A stretch of DNA of 64,000 nucleotides from Macrostomum hystrix. Its lineage: Eukaryota; Animalia; Platyhelminthes. Below the pieces are notes generated by a model. The model was not told the origin of the DNA. It made no database searches and saw only the letters and a program-made list of their open reading frames with translations. The translations under genes and the position numbers were made by a program. This document shows, piece by piece, positions 1 to 13,800 of this stretch. The number at the start of each line of letters is the position of its first letter. The stretch's first letter is position 1. Where the stretch lies: the NCBI GenBank assembly GCA_950097015.1, contig CATNEN010000039.1, forward strand, positions 62,001 to 126,000, written 5' to 3'.

Positions 1-3000
1 CCGATTCCTATGAGACCCGATTCCTATGAGAGCCGATTCCTATCGGTTCCTATGAGAGCCGATTCCTATGAGAACCGATTCCTAAGAGAGCCGGTTCCGA
101 TCGGTTCCTATGAGTGCCGGTTCCTATCGGTTCCTATGAGAGCCGGTTCCTATCGGTTCCTATGAGAGCTGATTCCTATGAGACCCGATTCCTATGAGAG
201 CCGGTTCCTATCGGTTCCTTTGAGAGCCGGTTCCTATCGGTTCCGATGAGACCCGATTCCTATGAGAGCCGATTCCTATGAGAGCCGATTCCTATGAGAG
301 CCGATTCCTATGAGAGCCGATTCCTGTGAGACCCGATTCCTATGAGAGCCGATTCCTATGAGAGCCGATTCCTATGAGAGCCGATTCCTATGAGAGCCGA
401 TTCCTATCAGGGCCGATTCCTATGAGGGCCGATTCCTATGAGGGCCGATTCCTATGAGAGCCGATTCCTATGAGAGCCGATTCCTATGAGAGCCGATTCC
501 TATGTGAGCCGATTCCTATGAGAGCCGATTCCTATCGGTCCCTATGAGACCCGATTCCTATGAGAGCCGATTCCTATGAGAGCCGATTCCTATGAGAGCC
601 GATTCCTATGAGAGCCGATTCCTATGAGAGCCGATTCCTATCGGTCCCTATGAGACCCGATTCCTATGAGGGCCGATTCCTATGAGAGCCGATTCCTATG
701 AGGGCCGATTCCTATGAGAGCCGATTCCTATGAGAGCCGATTCCTATGAGACCCGATTCCTATGAGGGCCGATTCCTATGAGAGCCGATTCCTATGAGAG
801 CCGATTCCTATGAGAGCCGATTCCTTTGAGACCCGATTCCTATGAGAGCCGATTCCTATGAGAGCCGATTCCTATGAGACCCGATTCCTATGAGAGCCGG
901 TTCCTATCGGTTCCTATGAGAGCCGGTTCCTATCGGTTCCTATGAGAGCCGATTCCTATGAGAGCCGATTCCTATGTGAGCCGATTCCTATGAGACCCGA
1001 TTCCTATGAGAGCCGATTCCTCTGAGAGGCGATTCCTATGAGAGCCGATTCCTATAAGACCCGATTCCTATGAGAGCCGATTCCTATGAGAGCCGATTCC
1101 TATGAGAGCCGATTCCTATCAGGGCCGATTCCTATGAGGGCGGATTCCTATGATACCCGATTTCTATGAGAGCCGATTCCTATGAGACCCGATTCCTATG
1201 AGAGCCGGTTCCTATCGGTTCCTATGAGAGCCGGTTCCTATCGGTTCCTATGAGAGCCGATTCCTATGAGAGCCGATTCCTATGTGAGCCGATTCCTATG
1301 AGACCCGATTCCTATGAGAGCCGATTCCTCTGAGAGCCGATTCCTATGAGAGCCGATTCCTATAAGACCCGATTCCTATGAGAGCCGATTCCTATGAGAG
1401 CCGATTCCTATGAGAGCCGATTCCTATCAGGGCCGATTCTTATGAGGGCCGATTCCTATGAGGGCCAATTCCTATGAGGGCCGATTCCTATGAGAGCCGA
1501 TTCCTATGAGAGCCGATTCCTATGAGAGCCGATTCCTATGAGAGCCGATTCCTATGAGAGCCGAATCCTATGAGAGCCGATTCCTATAAGAGCCGATTCC
1601 TGTGAGACCCGATTCCTATGAGAGCCGATTCCTATGAGAGCCGATTCCTATGAGAGCCGATTCCTATGAGAGCCGATTCCTATCAGGGCCGATTCCTATG
1701 AGAGCCGATTCCTATGAGAGCCGATTCCTATGAGACCCGATTCCTATGAGAGCCGATTCCTAGGAGAGCCGATTCCTATGAGAGCCGATTCCTATCAGAG
1801 CCGATTCCTATCGGTTCCTTTGAGAGCCGATTCCTATGAGACCCGATTCCTATGAGAGCCGATTCCTATGAGAGCCGATTCCTATGAGAGCCGATCCTAT
1901 GAGAGCCGATTCCTATGAGAGCCGATTCCTATGAGACCCGATTCCTATGAGACCCGATTCCTATGAGAGCCGATTCCTATGAGAGCCGATTCCTATGAGA
2001 GCCGATTCCTATGAGAGCCGATTCCTATGAGAGCCGATTCCTATGAGAGCCGATTTCTATGAGGGCCGATTCCTATGAGAGCCGATTCCTATGAGGGCCG
2101 ATTCCTATGAGAGCCGATTCCTATGAGAGCCGATTCCTATGAGAGCCGGTTCCTATCGGTTCCTATGAGAGCCGGTTCCTATCGGTTCCTTTGAGAGCCG
2201 ATTCCTATGAGAGCCGATTCCTATCGGTTCCTATGAGAGCCGATTCCTATGAGACCTGATTCCTATGAGAGCCGGTTCCTATCGGTTCCTATGAGAGCCG
2301 GTTCCTATCGGTTCCTATGAGAGCCGGTTCCTATCGGTTCCTATGAGACCCGATTCCTATGAGAGCCGATTCCTATGAGAACCGATTCCTATGAGAGCCG
2401 ATTCCTATGAGAGCCGATTCCTATGAGAGCCGATTCCTATGAGAGCCGATTCCAATGAGAGCCGATTCCTATGAGAGCCGATTCCTATGAGAGCCGGTTC
2501 CTATCGGTTCCTATGAGAGCCGGTTCCTATCGGTTCCGATGAGACCCGATTCCTATGAGAGCCGATTCCTATGAGAGCCGATTCCTATGAGAGCCGATTC
2601 CTATGAGAGCCGATTCCTGTGAGACCCGATTCCTATGAGAGCCGATTCCTATGAGAGCCGATTCCTATGAGAGCCGATTCCTATGAGAGCCGATTCCTAT
2701 CAGGGCCGATTCCTATGAGGGCCGATTCCTATGAGGGCCGATTCCTATGAGAGCCGATTCCTATGAGAGCCGATTCCTATGAGAGCCGATTCCTATGAGA
2801 GCCGATTCCTATGAGAGCCGATTCCTATCGGTCCCTATGAGACCCGATTCCTATGAGAGCCGATTCCTATGAGAGCCGATTCCTATGAGAGCCGATTCCT
2901 ATGAGAGCCGATTCCTATGAGAGCCGATTCCTATCGGTCCCTATGAGACCCGATTCCTATGAGGGCCGATTCCTATGAGAGCCGATTCCTATGAGGGCCG

Positions 3001-6000
3001 ATTCCTATGAGAGCCGATTCCTATGAGAGCCGATTCCTATGAGACCCGATTCCTATGAGAGCCGATTCCTATGAGAGCCGATTCCTATGAGAGCCGATTC
3101 CTATCAGGGCCGATTCCTATGAGGGCGGATTCCTATGATACCCGATTTCTATGAGAGCCGATTCCTATGAGACCCGATTCCTATGAGAGCCGGTTCCTAT
3201 CGGTTCCTATGAGAGCCGGTTCCTATCGGTTCCTATGAGAGCCGATTCCTATGAGAGCCGATTCCTATGTGAGCCGATTCCTATGAGACCCGATTCCTAT
3301 GAGAGCCGATTCCTCTGAGAGCCGATTCCTATGAGAGCCGATTCCTATAAGACCCGATTCCTATGAGAGCCGATTCCTATGAGAGCCGATTCCTATGAGA
3401 GCCGATTCCTATCAGGGCCGATTCTTATGAGGGCCGATTCCTATGAGGGCCAATTCCTATGAGGGCCGATTCCTATGAGAGCCGATTCCTATGAGAGCCG
3501 ATTCCTATGAGAGCCGATTCCTATGAGAGCCGATTCCTATGAGAGCCGAATCCTATGAGAGCCGATTCCTATAAGAGCCGATTCCTGTGAGACCCGATTC
3601 CTATGAGAGCCGATTCCTATGAGAGCCGATTCCTATGAGAGCCGATTCCTATGAGAGCCGATTCCTATCAGGGCCGATTCCTATGAGAGCCGATTCCTAT
3701 GAGAGCCGATTCCTATGAGACCCGATTCCTATGAGAGCCGATTCCTAGGAGAGCCGATTCCTATGAGAGCCGATTCCTATCAGAGCCGATTCCTATCGGT
3801 TCCTTTGAGAGCCGATTCCTATGAGACCCGATTCCTATGAGAGCCGATTCCTATGAGAGCCGATTCCTATGAGAGCCGATCCTATGAGAGCCGATTCCTA
3901 TGAGACCCGATTCCTATGAGACCCGATTCCTATGAGGGCCGATTCCTATGAGAGCCGATTCCTATGAGAGCCGATTTCTATGAGGGCGGATTCCTTTGAG
4001 AGCCGATTCCTTTGAGGGCCGATTCCTATGAGGGCCGATTCCTATGAGAGCCGATTCCTATGAGGGCCGATTCCTATGAGGGCCGATTCCTATGAGACCC
4101 GATTCCTATGAGAGCCGATTCCTATGAGAGCCGATTCCTATGAGAGCCGATTCCTATGAGAGCCGATTCCTATCGGTTCCTATGAGACCCGATTCCTATG
4201 AGAGCCGATTCCTATGACAGCCGATTCCTATGAGAGCCGATTCCTATGAGAGCCGATTCCTATCGGTTCCTATGAGAGCCGTTTCCTATGAGACCCGATT
4301 CCTATGAGAGCCGATTCCTATGAGGGCTGATTCCTATGAGAGCCGATTCCTATGAGACCCGATTCCTATGAGAGCCGATTCCTATCGGTTCCTATGAGAG
4401 CCGATTCCTATGAGAACCGATTCCTAAGAGAGCCGGTTCCGATCGGTTCCTATGAGTGCCGGTTCCTATCGGTTCCTATGAGAGCCGGTTCCTATCGGTT
4501 CCTATGAGAGCTGATTCCTATGAGACCCGATTCCTATGAGAGCCGGTTCCTATCGGTTCCTTTGAGAGCCGGTTCCTATCGGTTCCGATGAGACCCGATT
4601 CCTATGAGAGCCGATTCCTATGAGAGCCGATTCCTATGAGAGCCGATTCCTATGAGAGCCGATTCCTGTGAGACCCGATTCCTATGAGAGCCGATTCCTA
4701 TGAGAGCCGATTCCTATGAGAGCCGATTCCTATGAGAGCCGATTCCTATCAGGGCCGATTCCTATGAGGGCCGATTCCTATGAGGGCCGATTCCTATGAG
4801 AGCCGATTCCTATGAGAGCCGATTCCTATGAGAGCCGATTCCTATGTGAGCCGATTCCTATGAGAGCCGATTCCTATCGGTCCCTATGAGACCCGATTCC
4901 TATGAGAGCCGATTCCTATGAGAGCCGATTCCTATGAGAGCCGATTCCTATGAGAGCCGATTCCTATGAGAGCCGATTCCTATCGGTCCCTATGAGACCC
5001 GATTCCTATGAGGGCCGATTCCTATGAGAGCCGATTCCTATGAGGGCCGATTCCTATGAGAGCCGATTCCTATGAGAGCCGATTCCTATGAGACCCGATT
5101 CCTATGAGGGCCGATTCCTATGAGAGCCGATTCCTATGAGAGCCGATTCCTATGAGAGCCGATTCCTTTGAGACCCGATTCCTATGAGAGCCGATTCCTA
5201 TGAGAGCCGATTCCTATGAGACCCGATTCCTATGAGAGCCGGTTCCTATCGGTTCCTATGAGAGCCGGTTCCTATCGGTTCCTATGAGAGCCGATTCCTA
5301 TGAGAGCCGATTCCTATGTGAGCCGATTCCTATGAGACCCGATTCCTATGAGAGCCGATTCCTCTGAGAGGCGATTCCTATGAGAGCCGATTCCTATAAG
5401 ACCCGATTCCTATGAGAGCCGATTCCTATGAGAGCCGATTCCTATGAGAGCCGATTCCTATCAGGGCCGATTCCTATGAGGGCGGATTCCTATGATACCC
5501 GATTTCTATGAGAGCCGATTCCTATGAGACCCGATTCCTATGAGAGCCGGTTCCTATCGGTTCCTATGAGAGCCGGTTCCTATCGGTTCCTATGAGAGCC
5601 GATTCCTATGAGAGCCGATTCCTATGTGAGCCGATTCCTATGAGACCCGATTCCTATGAGAGCCGATTCCTCTGAGAGCCGATTCCTATGAGAGCCGATT
5701 CCTATAAGACCCGATTCCTATGAGAGCCGATTCCTATGAGAGCCGATTCCTATGAGAGCCGATTCCTATCAGGGCCGATTCTTATGAGGGCCGATTCCTA
5801 TGAGGGCCAATTCCTATGAGGGCCGATTCCTATGAGAGCCGATTCCTATGAGAGCCGATTCCTATGAGAGCCGATTCCTATGAGAGCCGATTCCTATGAG
5901 AGCCGAATCCTATGAGAGCCGATTCCTATAAGAGCCGATTCCTGTGAGACCCGATTCCTATGAGAGCCGATTCCTATGAGAGCCGATTCCTATGAGAGCC

Positions 6001-7524
6001 GATTCCTATGAGAGCCGATTCCTATCAGGGCCGATTCCTATGAGAGCCGATTCCTATGAGAGCCGATTCCTATGAGACCCGATTCCTATGAGAGCCGATT
6101 CCTAGGAGAGCCGATTCCTATGAGAGCCGATTCCTATCAGAGCCGATTCCTATCGGTTCCTTTGAGAGCCGATTCCTATGAGACCCGATTCCTATGAGAG
6201 CCGATTCCTATGAGAGCCGATTCCTATGAGAGCCGATCCTATGAGAGCCGATTCCTATGAGAGCCGATTCCTATGAGACCCGATTCCTATGAGACCCGAT
6301 TCCTATGAGAGCCGATTCCTATGAGAGCCGATTCCTATGAGAGCCGATTCCTATGAGAGCCGATTCCTATGAGAGCCGATTCCTATGAGAGCCGATTTCT
6401 ATGAGGGCCGATTCCTATGAGAGCCGATTCCTATGAGGGCCGATTCCTATGAGAGCCGATTCCTATGAGAGCCGATTCCTATGAGAGCCGGTTCCTATCG
6501 GTTCCTATGAGAGCCGGTTCCTATCGGTTCCTTTGAGAGCCGATTCCTATGAGAGCCGATTCCTATCGGTTCCTATGAGAGCCGATTCCTATGAGACCTG
6601 ATTCCTATGAGAGCCGGTTCCTATCGGTTCCTATGAGAGCCGGTTCCTATCGGTTCCTATGAGAGCCGGTTCCTATCGGTTCCTATGAGACCCGATTCCT
6701 ATGAGAGCCGATTCCTATGAGAACCGATTCCTATGAGAGCCGATTCCTATGAGAGCCGATTCCTATGAGAGCCGATTCCTATGAGAGCCGATTCCAATGA
6801 GAGCCGATTCCTATGAGAGCCGATTCCTATGAGAGCCGGTTCCTATCGGTTCCTATGAGAGCCGGTTCCTATCGGTTCCGATGAGACCCGATTCCTATGA
6901 GAGCCGATTCCTATGAGAGCCGATTCCTATGAGAGCCGATTCCTATGAGAGCCGATTCCTGTGAGACCCGATTCCTATGAGAGCCGATTCCTATGAGAGC
7001 CGATTCCTATGAGAGCCGATTCCTATGAGAGCCGATTCCTATCAGGGCCGATTCCTATGAGGGCCGATTCCTATGAGGGCCGATTCCTATGAGAGCCGAT
7101 TCCTATGAGAGCCGATTCCTATGAGAGCCGATTCCTATGAGAGCCGATTCCTATGAGAGCCGATTCCTATCGGTCCCTATGAGACCCGATTCCTATGAGA
7201 GCCGATTCCTATGAGAGCCGATTCCTATGAGAGCCGATTCCTATGAGAGCCGATTCCTATGAGAGCCGATTCCTATCGGTCCCTATGAGACCCGATTCCT
7301 ATGAGGGCCGATTCCTATGAGAGCCGATTCCTATGAGGGCCGATTCCTATGAGAGCCGATTCCTATGAGAGCCGATTCCTATGAGACCCGATTCCTATGA
7401 GGGCCGATTCCTATGAGAGCCGATTCCTATGAGGGCCGATTCCTATGAGGGCCAATTCCTATGAGAGCCGATTCCTATGAGAGCCGATCCTATGAGAGCC
7501 GATTCCTATGAGAGCCGATTCCTA
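1..7524. repeat. 16-bp satellite (CCGATTCCTATGAGAG) with 10-bp variant subunits (CGGTTCCTAT) and a 4342-bp higher-order repeat
   Basis: The monomer period is directly visible. Rare variants recur at exactly +4342 (AGAACC...CTAAG at 71 and 4413; GATACC at 1152 and 5494), with an extra internal copy at +1985 (3137). Confidence 0.97.
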
Positions 7525-8915
7525 ATGATCGCCGTGTAAATCCACCAAAGGTTCTTGGGGGTTAGCCCCCAGGTGGTGCCCACGGCTCGCCTGACTTGCG
7601 CCAGAATGGCCAGGGCCCTCTTGGCCTTTGTGGTGATGTGCGGGGTCCAGTTGAGCCTATGGTCTAGCAGGAGACCAAGGCACCGGACCTGCTTTTCCAT
7701 GGCAATATTCTTGCCATAGAGAGTCAGAGGCTCAATGGTCCAGCGCAGTCTGCTGGTAAACATAACCGCAACGGTCTTAGACTCAGAGAGTCGGAGCCCG
7801 CATTGGTCCGCCCAGCGCACCGCCCTGTTGATAAAGCCCTGAATGAGGTCCCTGGTGGTTTCCGCCGAGGGGCCCGCGCAGATGGCGGTCACATCGTCGG
7901 CATATCCCACCTTCAGGACTGGGTCAGGACGAGTGCTTTTTAGCAGCTCATCCATGACGAGATTCCACAGCAGTGGGGTGAGGACGCCGCCTTGGGGCCC
8001 TCCTTTTAGGACAGGTGCCGAGAGCAGCCTGCCTTCGAGGTGGGCCACCACGTGGCGATTCCGGATCATGTACATGACCCAGCGGACGAGGTGGGGGTGA
8101 GTGGCCCTGGAAACCAGGGCCTTCTCAAAGGCTTCGAAAATAACGTTATCGAAGGCCCCTCAATATCAAGGAAAACAGCCAGGGCAAAACCGCTGCCCAG
8201 CACTGCCTTCTCGAGAGTCTCCACAATGCAGTGGAGGGCGCTCTCCGTGGACCGGCCCGCCCGAAAGGCGTGCTGGTTTGGTGAGAGCGGGGCCCGCCCT
8301 AGCTCTACAGTAAGAAGGCGCCAGAGCACCAGTCTTTCCATGAGCTTGAGGCAGGTGGAAGTCAAACTTATCGGGCGATAAGACTTGACCGAGCGATAGT
8401 CGCCTTTGGCGGGCTTCGGGATGAAGACGACCCGGGCTTCATGCCACCGCGCTGGTACGTAGCCCAGCACGATTCAGGCCCGTAGAAGTCTGCAGAGGAG
8501 ATGGAGGAAGCGGCCATTTTTGACCGCTTCATGCAGAAAGGCCGGGTATATACCATCCGGCCCAGGTGCTTTAAAAGGATTGAATGACTTAGCCGCGCGA
8601 ACGATGCGGTCATTCGTGACGAGTGACTGAGCCAGGCCCTGACCTCCACGTGAGTGGTCGTCTGGGCCAAAGTGCGCCGGTACACTCGGGAAGAAATGCC
8701 GTAGCATAAGCTCGAGCGTTTCCTCCGGGCGCTCCGTGATCGAGCCGTCCGGCTTTTTGATCGAAGAGAGCTTGGAGAAGCGGCCTTTACCACGCGGGCC
8801 GTGGGCCGCGAGCCCTCAAGCCCTTCGCAGTATTGTCGCCACTTGTCGGCTTTTGCCCTTCTGACCCGGCCCTTAAACTCATGGATGGCGCGAGTATAGG
8901 CCTCTTTGTCATAGG
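7525..8915 (-). pseudogene. LOA/R1-group non-LTR retrotransposon ORF2 fragment (linker + reverse transcriptase), frameshifted
   Basis: Motifs KAPGPDGI, FIPKPAK..YRPISLTS, QHAFRAGRSTE, FLDIEG, GGPQGGVLTPLLWN, GYADD, WGLTPK..WIYTAIIR are spread over ORFs 8474-8707, 8066-8470 and 7506-8075. Confidence 0.9.
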
Positions 8916-9094
8916 CCTACATTTCGTCTTGTTGAAGTATTTTTATAGCTTTGAAATTAATTTCCTTTTAATATATTTTTAAACTTTTTTAAATAATTAA
9001 GTATATGCAATTTTTTAGTATATTTTTGTTGCTATATTTATACGTTTTGTTTTTTTTGTTATAATGTATGGTTATATTTAGCTCAATGCAGATA

Positions 9095-9372
9095 GCTTTT
9101 GCGCGCACGCGCTCGCAGAACAGTCGGGAGGGGCAGGCCATGCCGGACTGGGGATCAAGTCCGATAGCCTGCAAGTCAGCCAACAGAGTGGTAAATAGCG
9201 TCACAGTTCTTCCTTGGCCGCGGCGCAGCCGCTCGGTCGGTTGGTGCAGGAGGACCAGCGCAAGCGGGTTTCGCTCGCCGCGACCGTGGCTCCTCAGACA
9301 GTGGCCCAGCAGCATCTGGCGGCGCCGGCGCAGGGTGACGCTCAGGGCTGGGACGCCGGCGCGAACCATCAG
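9095..9372 (-). mobile_element. 3' fragment of an RTE-like LINE (same family as 54970-56360)
   Basis: RAGVPALSVTLRRRRQMLLGHCLRSHGRG..HQPTERLRRGQGRTVTL aligns by eye with RAGVTKMSVTLQRRRQ/MLLCHCLRSHGRG..HQPTERKRRGKRRTVTL at about 56070-56300. Confidence 0.8.
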
Positions 9373-9798
9373 GTGCTATATCATGCTATATCAATTTAAT
9401 ATATCAATGCTATATCAAATAGCATTGATATTTGAAACGCTGCACGTTTTCTTTGTAAATTCAGGCTATTGCCTATTAGGTTAACAAATCCATCTAGCCC
9501 AATTGGATACTTTAATGCCCACTTTAATGCCCATATTACTTTAGCCTAGCCTATGTATCCTAGAAACTGTGATTTCATTTATATATAATAAATTTAATTT
9601 GATATTTGGTAAATTTAACAATTGTTCTTTTAGTATGCCCAATACTTATACATACTTATGAAAGTATCTTGGCTGAAATCAAATGGCACAGATGCCATGG
9701 ATGCCCATTGTAATATTCTTAAACCAATAGGAAATTCTGATCACTGTCTGATCTCTTGTCATTTACCTAATTTGATGGGTAAATTTCAATTTCAATAC

Positions 9799-10180
9799 AC
9801 AGGCATTCATACATACACAGAAGACTCACCGTCTTCTTCCTTCACATACAGGCACATATATATATATATATATATATAGAAGACTCACGGTCTTCTTCCT
9901 TCACACACAGGCAGGCATATATACACAGAAGACTCACGGTCTTCTTCCTTCACACACAGGCAGGCATATATACACAGAAGACTCACGGTCTTCTTCCTTC
10001 ACACACAGGCAGGTATATATACACAGAAGACTCACGGTCTTCTTCCTTCACACACAGGCAGGCATATATATACACAGAAGACTCACGGTCTTCTTCCTTC
10101 ACACACAGGCAGGCATATATACACAGAAGACTCACCGTCTTCTTCCTTCACACACAGGCAGGCATATATACACAGAAGAC
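9799..10180. repeat. 49-51-bp minisatellite with internal hairpin AGAAGAC-TCACG-GTCTTCT
   Basis: Tandem units are visible. The same family occurs at 21585-21680, 22310-22843 and inverted at about 41105-41190. Confidence 0.92.
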
Positions 10181-10377
10181 ACAAGCAGCCATTGTTGACT
10201 TGCAGAATGTGTGAGTTGCAGAATTAACAAATAAAAAATGATGTCAGCAGAACAAATGCTATGTGTTTCATCGTTTATCAAATGCTAAGTTTTGTTGGAC
10301 ATAAACTATTAAAAAATATGATAATGAGCAGGCTTGTTTGAACACAATGATTACAAAAGTTAGTCCATGCTCCGCAT

Positions 10378-10658
10378 CATACATGCGCAACCTCCCAAAT
10401 CTTAGCCGGCCTTGCGACTTAGTTTTTGCTCTCATTTGCGACTTAGTTCATTTCATTGCTCTATTTACGACTTAGTTTGCTCTCATTTGCTCTCTTTTTC
10501 TCTCCCCTTTTTCCTTTTCTTCACGCCTTCCTTTTTTGTCCCTTGGTCCCCCCTTTGATTTTTTGGCGCTTGGTCGATTGGTTTTTGCGACTAACCTTGC
10601 TTGGCCCTCATTTCACCCGGCCGGTTCGGCCGGGTCGGCCGGGTGTTGCGCATGTATG
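10378..10658. mobile_element. hAT-type MITE, 281 bp
   Basis: Perfect 14-bp TIRs CATACATGCGCAAC/GTTGCGCATGTATG and an 8-bp TSD CTCCGCAT (10370-10377, 10659-10666). Subterminal repeats TTGCGACTTAGTT are present. The empty site with a single CTCCGCAT is at about 40032. Confidence 0.93.
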
Positions 10659-10870
10659 CTCCGCATAAAAATAAACTAACCACAACTGTAGCCGCTTTTG
10701 CAGATCACACTGAAAAGTGGTATAATGATTTAGCTCGTAGTATGCACAGCGAGATACAGCTTTTACCATTCAAAGGCTTCATGTGATTGGAAGGCAGTGT
10801 GATGTAAAGTCTTTGATTTGTAGACCCTGATAAAGCTGATAAAGTTTGAAGGTCTGGAACTGCTGTTGCT

Positions 10871-13800
10871 CTCTCTCTCTTCACTCCCTACTCCGGTCAT
10901 CCGCAGATGGCCGGGTGGGGGTCGTACGCCCGCCGGGGTCGTCGATGGGCGGGGCCGTACGGCCCACCCTGCGGAGGTAAGCGCAGATGCGGGCCGCGTC
11001 GCTCTCCAGGACCCTCTCCAGGTCAATGGGGCCGTTCCCCCAGGCCTCGCTGCGAGCAGGTTGGTAGGCTGGGCAGTCGAGGAGGAGGTGGGCCACCGAG
11101 TCCGGCCCTATTAAGCCCATTTCTCCTGGGCCACGCATTAGGAATTCTTGCAATTTCATCATATGGTTCGTTGCAGGCAGGGCACCTGTCGTTGTCGGCC
11201 AGGCCGAAGCGCAGCATCGTGTCTCTCGTGAGTGAGGAGCGGAGCACTCGGAGCTGGCACAAGGTAGCCTGTCCCCACCGGTCCAGGTCTTGGTGGCCAG
11301 GGGTAGGTCTTGGGTGCGGGTGACAATTGTCTCGAGTGGCTCTCCATCTGCGGAGCATGTGTCTCACGGCGAGGCGGTGCGCAGTCGGTCCGACTTGGTC
11401 AATCTGCTGGTCGAGGCTCAAGGCTTGTCTGGCCAGCTCATCGGCCTTCTCATTACCAGCGAGGCCGGCATGGCCCGGGACCCATTGCAGGTGGATAGAC
11501 AAATCTGGGGGCAAGGCCCTCAGGGCGTTCCAAATGTGGAGCACTCTCCTGTCGGAGCTGCTGGGGCCCTGGCAAATGGCTTGGAGGCCGGCCCGGGAGT
11601 CGGTGAAAATGGTAGCCCTGTGAATCGGGGCTGTGGTCGAATTGGTGGCGTTAATGGTGTTGATGATGGCAAGGTGGCGAACAGCCGCTTCGATGGCAAC
11701 CAGCTCAGCTCCCGTGCTACTGCTGAAACGTCCGGCCGGGACACAGAGCTCCTGCTGCTGGCCAGCATGGATGACCAGGGCCCCCCCGCCACTCGCGGAC
11801 CCGTCTGGGAGGCACGAGCCGTCCGTCCAGATCTGGCAGTCTGGCTGCGGCAGGTTGGCAATGGTGCGCTCTGCGGCGAGGCGGCGGACGTCTGGTGGGT
11901 CGTCGCGACGGGTAGGGAGGCAGAGGTCGGTAGCGATGGTGACAGCGTTGAGTCCTGACCAGGGCGGGCATCTGTCGGGGACTTCGGATGGGGTGACCGT
12001 GGGCGCATTGGCGGCTGCCAGCAGCCATTGTCCGACTCTTCTGAAGCATGGCTTGAACGGTAACACTACGTCTTCGTCGTACTGGGCTGCGTTCAGCTCC
12101 CGCGTCTGCTCGTCGAGGCGGCACCAAGCTTCGTGGGCGCGGGATAGCAGGCGCGGTCTCGTGGTGGTCTCGAGAAGTTGTCTCGCTGGGTCTGCCACGG
12201 GTAGGTGGGCAATGCGGAGGAATTCGTTGGCGGTTTGTTCCAGGGCCCGGATATAAAGGGCCGGGAGGTCAGCTTCGGCGATGGCCGCACCGTAGTCGAA
12301 GACCGAGCGGATGTACGCGGTGTAGGCCGCTTGGAGGGTCGCCAGGTTGGCGCCATAGGATTTGCCAGCGATGTTGATGAGGCAGTTACGGCGGGTAGCC
12401 ATTTTGCTCTTGACGTGGTCAACGTGTTGGGCAAAGGTAAGTTGGTCGTCGAGTTTGAGGCCGAGAAAGGTAGGAGTCGGCTCGAAGGCCAACGGTTGGC
12501 CGTCGATGGTGAGCTGGGGGAGAACCTTGCCCCCGCATTCAGTGGGATTCAGCGTAAAGGTTGTGAAGCTGCATTTACTGGTGCTAAGTTGCACTTTCCA
12601 TTTCTTGGTCCAGGCAACTAAGGAGTCAATTGCCGGTTGCAGCGTGGCGGCGCAGTCGTGCAGGCTGCGACCGGTCGCAAGCAGCGCTGAGTCATCGGCG
12701 AACAGGGACCGGTGCACCGAGGCGTCCAGATTCTCGTCGATGTCGTTGACGTAGATAAGCCAGAGGAGCGGGGCGAGCACGGAGCCCTGCGGTAGGCCAT
12801 CGGTGAAGACCCTCCAGTTGGACACCGCGTCGTCCCATCTCACTCTCGCTCTCCTGTCGGTCAGGAAGTTCTTAATGAAATTGATGACGTGGGCCGGGAT
12901 TCCCAGCCTGGCCATTTTAGCAAAGAGCGCTGGGCGCCAGACTTTGTCATAGGCCTTTGCGAAATCAAGTAGGATGAGGATGGCGCGTTCCGGCTGGCGC
13001 TTCTCCAGGGCATCAAAGATGGCCTGGGTCACCCTGGTGAGCTGGTCAATGGTGGAGTGGCCGCGGCGGAAGCCAGCTTGGTTGCGGGATTCAAGCCAGA
13101 AGGAGAGGCGGTTCTGCACAATGCGTTCCAGAGTCTTGGCGACGCAGCTCAGCAGTGAGATTGGCCTGTAGGAGCTTGGTGACGCCGGGTCTTTACCTTT
13201 CTTGTGGATCGCTATGATCTCTGCGCGCTTCCAGGTCGTTGGGACTTGACCACTCGTCCAACTGGCGTTCATGAGGGCCAGAAGGTGCCGCTTACCAGTG
13301 GGGGTGGCCTGCTTGAGGAGTTCGTTGCAGATGTGGTCTGTGCCCGGCGCCTTGCCGTTTTTAAGCTGTCGGAGGGCGAGCTCCAGTTCCGTAGTGGTGA
13401 ACGGGCTGCAGATGTCGGAGCGCTGGTTCTGGCAGGTGCAGTCGCGGACAGCTTTGCGGGCTTCCCGGATGATGGGTCGGTCTTGTAGTTTGTGTTTCGG
13501 CAGGCGCGACTCCGCGGCATAAGAGGCACAGAACAGCTCAGCTTTCTGCTGGTTGGAGGCTGCAACGGTGGATGCCGGAGCGGTGTTGCCTGTGGATGGA
13601 CGCTCAAAGGCCGCGGCCGGCTTAGCAGCTGGGATCCTGCCGTCGAATCTTTTGATCAGGCTCCACAGGTCGCTATCCGGGTTCAGGGTTTCCAGTGTGT
13701 CCCGAAAGCACCTGGTGCGCTCTTCTCGGATGGTGGCTGCCGCGCTAGCCTTGAGGGCGTTGAATCGGGCGGCATTTTCCGGGTTCTCAGGGTCAGCAAT

